Positions 52,952 through 64,000 of a DNA stretch of 64,000 nt are shown one piece after another. A program made the translations under genes and the position numbers. This stretch comes from Mizuhopecten yessoensis. Lineage: Eukaryota. Below the pieces are notes generated by a model, which saw only the letters and a program-made list of their open reading frames with translations, did no database searches and was not told the origin of the DNA. Every line of letters begins with the position of its first letter. Within the stretch, counting starts at the first letter, position 1. Where the stretch lies: contig NW_018404492.1 of the NCBI RefSeq assembly GCF_002113885.1, positions 1,560,727 to 1,624,726 on the forward strand, in the 5' to 3' direction.

Positions 52952-55900
52952 CCAATGTCCCGCTGACGTCAGTGGGGTCGTTGCCATCATATTATACTAT
53001 TGATGATGAGCTTATATTTCCCCGGTAAGCTTATAGGCCTATAATTAGTATCTCAGGTGATAGATTGAACCGTTACACACTTATTGGTTATCAGGGCACA
53101 CGTTGATGGTATCGGTGTGATAACGTCACCTATGGCTATAATAAAACCGTAATAAAATAACTCATTAATGGTGCGGTCGTAACTCATCTACTGCTATTTT
53201 GTTCAAATTTCATAGTTCAACCCAGCATCGTAAACGCACACTGACCCAGATGACAATTTAACCCAATAGATCAGTATTTGGAATACGTTTGAGGACCACT
53301 GTTAGTCGAATTTGGATTTAGCCTGCAGATACAATTATGGTGTTTGCAGGTTTTGACGGAGATGTTCCTGGCCTATACCCTACAGGAATAAACATTTCTA
53401 TAAACTAACTTTATTGCAAACATAACACGTTTATGATTTTCGACCTCAAAGGAACAATTACATAATGTAACGCTAGCTAGATCGGTATTAATATTTTGAT
53501 TTAGAAACCTGGTTTCGGGTTGACATCTATTTCAGTTGAGGGGGGGGGGGGATAACATCATACAATGCTAGTCGTATTGTACAAGTTCCTCATCGTATGT
53601 AAAAATATACAATATTTTTTCTTGACATTGTTTTTCCTTTATTTACCATTATATTTACTTTGATTTTGTATTCTAATAGGTAACACGTGCGTACGTAAAC
53701 AGAGTTGCTTCCCCTTTCTACACCTTGCCCTGTATTTTTTTCGTACGGAAGTAACCCTCCAATGGGGATACCGGAAGTGTATCCTTGATTTTCTAGCCAA
53801 TGAAAAGGGGGAAAAAGAGTAATTTCGACTGACGTCATATTTCTATATTCTATTTCTGTTTCGCGCGAAAACGGAAATCTCACTTTCTATACAAGAATGT
53901 AAAGTATTACTTCTTTTATTCCCGAAACATTTACAACCTATTTACCCTCTGCAACTAGAAAACTATCTCTTAATTATTCAAACAATATAATGCACTTTAG
54001 ATATCAATAATTAATCAAATCGACTTAAATATCGAAGCGCCAGGGATTTCTCCGATTTCAGGTGCGCTCACTTCCAGTAGATTGTTAAAATTTGCCACCG
54101 AAGAAGACAGACACGCTGGCTGCGTTAAAACTTGTGACATGTAGTATGAAGTTATTTAAAGTATATGGATGTTATAAACTAAACTTATGATAATACCTTT
54201 CGTTTCGATGATGTCGCCATTTTATACATTCAATGAGACGTTTCATTTAACATTATCTATGTGTTCAAATCAATCACTCAAATAACTATGATTTTTAGGA
54301 GTCATATTCGGCAAAGTAGGTATATAAACAATTAACACAATAACTGTTGGGAAAAAGTTCGATAAATCACTAATGACTTTAAACTATTAATATAAGGATG
54401 GAACATTATTGTTTGCAAATGTGAACTTCGGGGATAAAACAATTAACGCATGGATACTTGATAATTCCTGATCATCCCTCGCCCAATATGAATAAGCTTG
54501 TTTGTATGGTTTATTGATTAAATATTGACATTGGAATTGTCGGAGTCATTAGTAATCTAACCAATTAAAGACAACTACATTACCGTGTATATTGCCATGG
54601 TAACATTGTTATGTTAAAAGACGTTTAGCTTCAGAATCACCATCCTTAATTATTTTCGTAAATAAATACTAGTAGACACTGTAACAGAAGCTCCTTGACT
54701 CGCGTAACTAGACTTCTTATTACATCCTGTAGCTACTAGTACTAGTTTTAACATTTGATGTTCAACACTAGTGACAACTGTCTGGATCCATAGATACGGG
54801 CCAGACAACGGCTACAAATGATCTTATTATGCAGGTTAAATCACATTTTACTTCGTAATAAGCTTCAAGGTTAACGCAAAACCAGTGACTCAAAATGGGA
54901 ATTGACTGCTATATAAATCCGTTCCATTATATCCAAATACGCCACATACTTAACAATGACATAAATAAAATATGTGTATATACCTGCTAGAGACGAAATA
55001 AAATAAATAATGACGTAGTTTGAGTTGTTCTTTTAGGTGAAATCATTAGAAACCTAAAATAAAGGAATAGTTAAGAAAATTCACTGGTTAAATATACTAA
55101 ATCTAAGAGTCCAAAATCGGGAGTAGCCCTACTGAATAGGGAAGGTTGGCAAGTAGGATGCCATAGTTATTTCTTCAAAAGTTCAGTACCTTTACATTTC
55201 AGTCATAAAATATCAGTCGCTAATTCCACCTTACAGTTCCCAGCGGCTCCGTATTTAACCAGCACTAATTCAAGGTATTGATTAAGTCCTCATGTTGTTT
55301 ACGTCTTTTCTGATACACCTTGTAGGTTTCACACACTCAACACCTAATTAGACTACCGGATATATATCGTTTTTCATTTGGTTAAGTCACAATATTTTTC
55401 GTTCCGTTTCCAGTTTACAAGGGAGATAATCATGATTCGTTAGATATTAGTGTCACCCCGGAAGTCTTGTCTTGCTTGATTTCGGATGCAGGACAATTTT
55501 AAGAATATCTGGTTTCAACCTATACAGGAAACACAAGATTACCATGCTGATATCATTATATCTGTGAATGACATGTCGTCGTTATTCTGGACGGTTACAG
55601 ACTTCTGACCAGGCGTGGCGTAAATAGGAGCAATGAGTCATTGTCACGTTGTCTTACCATCACGCAAAGCACGTGTAGCCATTAGCACTCGCGTTCTCCT
55701 GGACATCAGAGGATTCATAGGCCTTAGGGTAAAATACGCTTCCATTATCGCATAATAGGGTAACGGTTAAAAATAATACCGACTATCGCTGGAATCGAAT
55801 ATACTTAATGATGAAGATAAGGAGCCCTGTACGTTGCTAAAAAGCTTGAATTTCTTTTCTGGCATGTCTATAGCTTTAATAAATAATTTTCTAAAAATAA

Positions 55901-56174
55901 AAATACCTTGCAGAATTTTAGATACGCCGCTACAGAATATACACCTATAGTTTGCATCAAAAAATATAATAATGAATTTTAGTTTGACATCTTTACCACT
56001 TTATATAATTACGATAAAAATTGCTTTAACATTTAAAATGTAGACCAAGGTTTATGCATCATTTATAGATAATAAGAAATTATAATTGATTATCAGACCA
56101 ATTAAGGTCAAAATTACCAATTAATAAATTTTATTTGATTATAAGATCATGATTAGTAATAACTTTGATTATTA

Positions 56175-56399
56175 TATAACTGTCAATTTTCCCACACGCT
56201 GATTGGTCAAAACACCTCTTATCGGTCTAAATATATTGCGATGTTACCCCGAAACCTACACAATCCGTGCACGCGAGGTGAATATAACAGTCCAAAACCC
56301 CGTCGGGCGCCTCACAGGTGAATATTACAATCCAGTAACCTTTGCTGGAATTTTTGACCAATCAGAAGCACGGATTGTCGTTGCCTCACTGGAGAGAAA
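56175..56399 (+). mobile_element. Putative 5' non-coding end of the Crypton element, with an inverted CCAAT-containing repeat
   Basis: CTGATTGGTCAAAA (56199-56212) is inverted against TTTTGACCAATCAG (56352-56365), directly upstream of the ORF. Confidence 0.5.
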
Positions 56400-56828
56400 A
56401 TGGTAGACGACAGTGTAAACAAACCCGGCTTGTCATGATTTGGAACTGTTTCCGATGACCAACTTAAAACTATCCTGGTGCAAAAGGATACTAGAAACAC
56501 TGTTAAAGCTACCGACACGTCCGTTTGTGTATTGCGTGAATATTTGAAAGAAAAAGCAATAGACACGGACTTTGTTGACATGCAGGCGCTCGAACTTTGC
56601 GATGTTCTTCGGAAGTTTTATGTGGAAATGAGTAGGAAAGACGGTGAGAAATATCAACGTAGTTCTCTCTTTAATATCCGGCATGGTATCAACCGATACC
56701 TTTCGAGTGTCGGTTGTAACATGGATATAGTGCATGGCGCTGAATTTACTGAATGCAACAAATTGTTTGATGCTGCAACGAAACAACTCGAGCGTTACCG
56801 TTACACGGTACTGTTTTTTTACCCTTGA
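56400..56828 (+). pseudogene. Crypton-type tyrosine-recombinase transposon ORF, N-terminal part only (family related to the KCTD1/ZMYM/QRICH1 DUF3504 proteins)
   Basis: ATG at 56400 is in frame with ORF 56478: MVDDSVNKPGLS*FGTVSDDQLKTIL..RNTVKAT..LREYL..LCDVLRKFYVEMSRKDGEKYQRSSLFNIRHGINRYL..DIVHGAEFTECNKLFDAATKQL. In-frame TGA at 56436. Similarity ends near 56795, before the catalytic domain. Confidence 0.8.
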
Positions 56829-59800
56829 AAGTTTACTTTCAATGCATATAAATTAAATAAATACTATATTTGTTTGATTGAGTTTTCTTCCATTTACTCA
56901 CATGACGCAGTATGGTGTTTTTGATCTTATTAACAGCTCATATAAGGTCATTTTAATTGCACAGAGACACATATTCCGTACAAACACGGACATTAATGGG
57001 CAAATATTTTATTATTTCAGATTAAAAGAAAAATCAGGAACAAAGCAATGATAAATAAATGCAATGTTTTTAGATCAATCATTGTTTAAGGAACTACATG
57101 CATACCTTAACTTTGTACGTATGGTGTTTGGATTTTCTTTCGCCACACTTGAATAAGTTAAGATGATAAGCTGAAAGCTGTGTAATATATGTGAGAAGGC
57201 GAGGCCCGTTAAGACCGAGCATTGTTCCCTCTCATACATAGTACATAGTACAGTTTGAGGCTTTTCTCTCCTTTAAAACGCCACTCATTTGTGTAAATAT
57301 AAACCAATGTTTTTGAACACCCAAATAAACCTTTGTGACATATACGTGTGGACACCATCACAGATAGAATATATTCCTTGTGAGACAGATATTTTAGTCG
57401 TCCTAGGGTGACTGACGACTTTATAGGAAAAGCACTGAGATTGTAGCGTAATAGTTGCTGAAGACCAATTATATATGAACTATGACAAGAACCGTTCTTA
57501 TCGTAATAAACCGAATACAAATGTCTTAACTATGCTTAGTCATACAGTTTGGGGTTAGATTTAGACTTATCCGTTACGTTCTGTGGGAAGAACGTCACTT
57601 TCTGTTTAAAATGGTTAGGTTATACATACTTACAAGTATAATCAATCAGGCTAAATCGATGCAGGAACATCCGAATCAACATCACGAAATACTATTTTAA
57701 TTAGGCGTAACAAATATACATTGTTAACATGTACGACGTTTTGTAATTTTTCTTTGACTTTTTTCTTGTTTTATTTCTTTTTCGTTCAAACGTTGGAGAA
57801 ATGCTCGCCAAGGTTTTTGTGTTTTCTCCCCATGTAAATGTCCTTCATATCGTTTAATGACGAGATCTCCGTAGTCGTGGTTTGCGTTGTGTATTTCCTA
57901 ATTACGTAAATATGTTAAGATTATTCTTATTTAAATTTGATATTTCAATGCACTTCCTTTTCGATGAAGCATAAAAAGATATGATTTTAATTGGTTGGGG
58001 CGAGATCCGCAGACCGGAAGCTCTGCTTGGCTCTTATGGTGGCGCCGATGGTTGAGCAAACAAATGATTGGGATATCACATTGGCACATTACACGGTATA
58101 ACTGTTGAGTTTAATGAATAGAAATTATTTTTTACAACGGTAGTTTTCGAAACACCGTGTTAATTGGTCTTATTCAATGTTCGAGTTGTGAAGAAATATC
58201 TAGCTTACTCTGTAGTCAGTTCATAGAGAAACAGAAGGCTCTACCGAAGCTGCAGGCACGTGACTTATTTATTAGGTCTGACATTGTACACCAGTGGGTA
58301 GTGTAAATCTTCCTGAGACACTAGACCCTCTCAACGCCGTGATGGAATAACAACACCTAAACATAAAACCGTTACACTGAAGAAACTCCGTCCTCATACA
58401 CTAGCTCGGTCAGCATCGAGGTAATGCCAGTTCATGGAAAAGTGGAACTCTCCAGGTGGTCATAAATGGCTGTGCAACAATAGTCCGGTCACGGCTTCTT
58501 GTCCAAATACCAACCCCCTGTCCCTCATCGAAACACCTGTTTTGTACAGGGAAGTGGCGTCTTCAATCCTAGTTGCACGAAGCGAATATCCAGCCAACCC
58601 CTACTACAATTAAGAAGCACTCTCCAACGAAACAGAAAACTATTCTGAATGGGTGACCCAACAATTCTCAAATTCGTAAGTTCTTTCATTAAACATGCCT
58701 TCTCCTTACCTTTGCTGATTGCAAGTTGCTGAAGCAAACCTTATTTCTTCCTCACATATGCAATTCAGCAATCCATTCTTGAAGCTAGCCTCAATCTCCA
58801 TCAGTAAAAGGCACATACCGGGGAAGGTTTTTGTGACTCCATGGCGATGGACATGAGTGAATCGATTCATTTAAAAAGGAAAGTTACTGCTTTTAATTAC
58901 AACAGTGAGATATCGGATTTTTGATCGACTTTATAAAGCCGAAATCTTTCGCAATGTGATAGACATTAAAATGATATCTGTAAAAGTGTGAAATGTATCA
59001 CCTTTCAGAATGTTCCATTCTGTTCACAACATTCAAAGATGCTGATTTTCTGGTCAGCTGCAAAGAAAGCGACGATAGAAAAAAATGTTTTGGTACATTT
59101 TTGCTCAATAAAAAAGATATATATTAAGCTTCATGAGTATTGGTATTTTCTAACAAAATTTTACCAGATACTAGCAAAAAAAGGTATAGTTTCATTGAGT
59201 AGCCTATTCAAAATAGCGTGCAGCCTTGCGGTAAGCAAAGATTATGCTATTGATTATCCAACTTTTATGAAGTAGTAAAATTCTCGTCAATGCAAGCATT
59301 TTAAAAATCGCTTAAATAGAAAATGACATTTACGTCTAGAATCAATATATCGAATAGGTAACTAAGTTTTCTATACCGAGTATGGCGAAATAGTACATCC
59401 ATTTATGACGATTATTTTCTTTAATTAAATCAATGCAGCCGGAAAATCAATACACCAAGAATAAAATATTCATGAAAGAAATTATTTCAAATTGTTTCAA
59501 ATGGAATTGATATAGGCTATACTTGCTGCAAATCTTATACAATGCTTCACAAAACAATAACAGGCGAATCTTGTTGTTCTGAAGTAGCGGTCCGACCTTG
59601 AGGTCACAAAACACACGCTGGCGATGTCGGGAAAAGGCGCTAAGGCGCCATACCGCATGTGGGACTGGTTTGGTGGCGGTCAAGGTCCCACACAGATCAT
59701 GTATCCATAGAAGTTCAGATGTTCGGTGTCATGACATTTGAAGTAAACACAATTATTTTCAAATCCCCTTAAGAGTATGATAAAGGTAAAACTACTAGTC

Positions 59801-60104
59801 AGGGTACTATCATCAGCTTCATTGCTGCATCAAAACAAGGATAACATAGCATCGGATATCAGATAACAAAAATTAAAAAACTTTCGATCCTCCTGTCTTA
59901 GATCGCTGTTGTAGATTATAATTTCCTGATTTACAAAAATGAACAGGACGTGATGGAGAAAAGGCTTACTCCCGCCTGATCAAGTTGTTTGTAACTAATG
60001 TTTTGGAAATTCCTTTTGTTTTAGTTTCTCGTTTAGTGACTGTCCTTTTACGACGACATTGCGTCGCTTTCTGGTGATGCTATAGACTATTTTGTCATTG
60101 GTTG

Positions 60105-60395
60105 CTACACTGCGGTGTATTTTGTCGCTGTGTGTTGATGCTATGTATAGTTTATCCTTGTTTTGAAACTTTCATTTATCATTGCGTAGTGTGTTTGAAT
60201 TGCGGTATGATTTGTCGCTGTGTGTTGATGCTATGTATAGTTTATCCTTGTTTTGAAGCTTTCATTTATAATTGTGAAGTGTGTTGGCATTGCGGTATGC
60301 TTTGTCGCTTTGTGTTGATGCTATGTATAGTTTATCCTTGTTTTTGAAGTGTGTTGGGATTGCGGTATGCTTTGTCGCTGTGTGTTGATGCTATG
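60105..60395. repeat. 90-bp tandem repeat, ~3.3 copies
   Basis: TGCGGT..TTTGTCGCTGTGTGTTGATGCTATGTATAGTTTATCCTTG at 60111, 60201, 60291 and 60361 (the third unit is shortened). Confidence 0.92.
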
Positions 60396-61019
60396 AAATA
60401 TTGTATTCTTGTGTATTGACGTTATAATATTTACATGTCTCCCTTCTTAGGCTTAGTAAATTCTGACTGCGTATAATTTTGCGTATACGCAATGAAACAA
60501 TGCTCTGCGGATTGATACTTGTTTCAAATATGGCGCCGTTTACGCTTCAGCGAGATAACAGTCCAATGACAACCAATGCTTTGTTCATACAACAAAAGAA
60601 TGCTGACAAACATCATATTCCATAGATGCTCATTCAAATTTCTTTAGCGGTAACGTCAACAATGGCGGCTTCGTTCTGAAACATTCGACCGCGTCACTTC
60701 TTGAGCAGTGTATCGATGCGCGTACATGACGACCGTTGTAAACGAATAGAAAAGTTCAAAGGGCCTCTCAAATTGCTTAATTTAACATTTAAAAACCATG
60801 AAAGCAATAAAATAGTGTTTTTCAATGCGTATTTTCTAAATTTACTCGTATATCGATGTAGATTCACTGGAACTCTATTGTCCTAACAACAACGACTACC
60901 GTAGTTACCATCGTGGCAACCCGCTTCGATTTTTTTCTGCGTAATGTAGCATTTAAACATATTTTTTTAATGTAAATATAAGGACTTACCTTCATTTTGA
61001 CGGCGTATACGGTAGTATT

Positions 61020-61113
61020 AACGCAGTTGGCAACGAACACATTCTGTATGGAGCGCTAAGGATGTATGGAGCGCTAAGGCGGACCATAGAATTTGTTTGT
61101 TGCCAACTGCGTT
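61020..61113. repeat. Hairpin with ~30-bp arms and an internally duplicated loop
   Basis: AACGCAGTTGGCAAC.AACA.ATTCT..ATGG pairs with CCATAGAATTTGTTTGTTGCCAACTGCGTT. TGTATGGAGCGCTAAGG occurs twice between and overlapping the arms. Confidence 0.85.
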
Positions 61114-61124
61114 CAATCCTTAGA

Positions 61125-62525
61125 CACATTTTGCGTGTTGACGCTATCGAATACTTTGTCATTGTGTGGTGAGGCTATCATATATTTTGTCTTTACGTGT
61201 TAACGCTATGGAATATTTTGTCTTAACGTGTTTACGCTACAGAATATTTTATCTTTGTGTGTTAACGCTATGGAATATGTCGTCTTTACGTGTTAACGCT
61301 ATGGAATATTTTGTCTTTGTGTGTTAACGCTATGAATATTTTGTCTTTACATGTTAACGATATTGAATATTTTGTCTTTACATGTTAACACTATGGAATA
61401 TTTGTCTTTACATGTTAACGATATTGAATATTTTGTCTTTACGTATTAACGCTATGGAGTATTTTGTCTTTGTGTGTTTACGCTATGACTATTTTGTCTT
61501 TACATGTTAACGATATTGAATATTTTGTCTTTACGTGTTAACGCTATGGAATATTTTGTCTGTGTGTTGACGCTTTAGATAATTCTATGCTAGTGTGATG
61601 TTGCTATGGTGTATTTTATTCTTGTAGGATGATACTGTGGTAAATATGTGGTGACGCTATTATATATTTTGCCTTTACGTGTTAACGCTTTGGAATATTT
61701 TGTCTTAACGTGTTTACGCTATAGAATATTTTGTCTTTGTGTGTTGACGCTTTAGATAAATCTATGCTAGTGTGATGTTGCTATGGTGTATTTTATTCTT
61801 GTATGATGATACTGTGGTAAATGTGTGGTGACGCTATTATATATTATGTCTTTACGTGTTAACGCTATGGAATATGTCGTCTTTACATGTTAACGCTATG
61901 GAATATTTTGTCTTTACGTGTTAACGCTATGGAATATTTTATTTTTACTTATTAACGCTATGGAATATTTTGTCTTTCCATGTTAACGATATTGATTATT
62001 TTGTCTTAACGTGTTAACGCTATGGAATATTTTATCTCTGTGTGTTAACGCTATGAATATTTTGAGTTTACATGTTAACGCTATGAATTTTTTGTCTTTA
62101 CGTATTAACGCTATGGAATATTTTATATCTGTGTGTTAACGCTATGAATATTTTGAGTTTACATGTTAACGCTATGAATTTTTTGGCTTAACGTGTTAAC
62201 GCTATGAAATATGTTGTCTTTACGCGTTAACGCTTTGGAATATTTTGTCTTTGTGTGTTAACGCTATGAATATTTTGTCTTTACATGTTAACGCTATGGA
62301 ATATTTTGACTTTACGTATTAACGCTATGGAATATTTTGTCTTTGTGTGTTAACGCTATGGAATATTTTGTCTTTACATGTTAACGATATTCATTATTTT
62401 GTCTTTACGTGGTAACGCTATGGAATATTTTGTCTTTGTGTGTTGACGCTTGAGATAATTCTATGCTAGTGTAATGTTGCTATGGTGTATTTTATTCTTG
62501 TAGGATGATACTGTGGTAAATGTGT
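61125..62525. repeat. 30-31-bp minisatellite, ~45 units, with a recurring higher-order block
   Basis: Unit GTGTTAACGCTATGGAATATTTTGTCTTTAC. A diverged block (GTTGACGCTTTAGATAA..CTATGCTAGTGT.ATGTTGCTATGGTGTATTTTATTCTTGTA.GATGATACTGTGGTAAAT) recurs at ~61566, ~61743 and ~62441. Confidence 0.97.
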
Positions 62526-63294
62526 TCTTTTGTTTTTACTTTAGATGCATTACGTATGTGAAACTTCTCTCTTCATTTCTGTAATAAAAAAAAACTGATC
62601 AAGGACACGAAAGACCCCTCGCATGTTGGTTTGTTGGTAATCCTGTATGATGTTTTCATTTGTAAAAGAGACACCAGATGTTTATTTACTGAAAACGTAA
62701 TTAAAAGTATCAATTTCTGAACATATGTCGTTAACATTTGATTTCAACCCGAATCTCGCTGTCTGTAGAGATCTTATATTACTGGACTTACAGCTATTAC
62801 AAACACGCCTTTTGTGCGACACCGTCAACTGTTGACGCTATTCGGAGGAATACAACTCGATTGTTTTGCAAGAGACAGAGGATACATACCTATCTTATGA
62901 TGAGAAAATCAATTAATTTGTTATTATGAAAAAAATCAGTATCTGTTCTTCGCCATAAAGTACCCTTGCCACTGATCAAGATGGATGGCAAATAAATGAG
63001 CTGACCCTGCATAGACCTAATCAGTCAAACATGTGCTCTCGGCCACTGAAGGCCTCGGATCAGTGCAATGACATGGAGGCTCTAATTGGACATATAAATC
63101 CGTACGAGAGACAGCTGGTATCTGGCCGGTTGTGTGGTACTTGAACATTTTTAGATATATACCAAACCATCAGATTAACAACATATAAGGTGTGAGTGGA
63201 CGCTCTATACCCGACGCGAGTAGGAATGAAGAGTATAACATTTTTGTGATGTGAGGAGGCACATAGAAAACTCTATGTCAGACATTTGTCATCT

Positions 63295-63441
63295 CTTCAT
63301 TTCTTGTCTCCAAAAATATAAGTAACTTACGATTAATAGTAAAATATTAGAAGTGTACGAATTCATGAAGATTAATTGAATCACTTCATTTCTCGTCTTC
63401 CTCAATATTAGTAACTTACAATTAACAGTAAAATATTAGAA
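63295..63441. repeat. Diverged direct duplication (~89-bp spacing)
   Basis: CTTCATTTCT.GTCT...AATAT.AGTAACTTAC.ATTAA.AGTAAAATATTAGAAGT x2. Confidence 0.8.
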
Positions 63442-64000
63442 GTTAATGATTACAGCAATATCCCTACATCGGCACATATTTAATTTACGTGTCCAATTAT
63501 ACCTTTTTAAAACTTGCTGTCTGATCAATTCAATAAATCAATAATGCAAAGTTTCAAAATACGTGTTTTAAAAAATACCTGAAAATTTGCAAACATTGTT
63601 CTGGTATTGTTTTATTTCATTCTTTTTATTGTTTTTTATTGATTTGTTTTTTTGCAGATGACTCCTTAATACCCCTTTACATATAATTTTCAGTTTTTTT
63701 AACGTTGATTTTTTTTTAAATAGATTACATTTTTTCTATAAATTGTCGTTAAGCTGACCAGACCCTGATGTTTCCCTGTCGAACTAAACATTATAACGCA
63801 GCATCATATACTCGAACCGTATGTCAAGTTTACTTACTTGGTATATAGTGAATCACCCTATAGTTGAACCCTTAGATACCTATGTAATTTTGCGGTTTCG
63901 TATATCATTTCTCGCCCTATACACCACACCTGATTATTGAGACCCTACAGTGAACGTAACACAACTCTTTCATTTTTGAGATACTAAGTATTCCTGAAAT

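Noticed and set aside
58871-59772. Possible second TTAA-flanked element
   Set aside because: The candidate ends TTAAAAAGGAAAG and AAATCCCCTTAA do not form matching TIRs.

Overview
AT-rich, gene-poor eukaryotic (animal) DNA. The repeat types (V-domain and Deu/Nin-domain SINE parts, Helentron-type HINEs with ~167-bp cores, a Crypton remnant, RTEX remnants) point by inference to a mollusc, probably a bivalve. I cannot support any intact protein-coding gene; every long ORF in the track is a read-through of a tandem repeat. About 12 kb (~19%) is tandem-repeat arrays from about a dozen unrelated families with units of 17-90 bp. The rest includes decayed transposons recognised by manual translation or terminal structure: a Gypsy integrase, one or two Tc1 transposases, two RTEX-like LINE 3' ends, an L2/CR1-group 3' end, a Crypton tyrosine-recombinase N-terminus, a TTAA-flanked Kolobok-like element nested in a HINE, several hairpin mini-elements, and a ~1-kb TSD-flanked retroposon with a Deu/Nin domain. 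I found no convincing new multi-gene system. The best leads are structural or TE novelties. All family assignments are from recalled motifs, not database searches.
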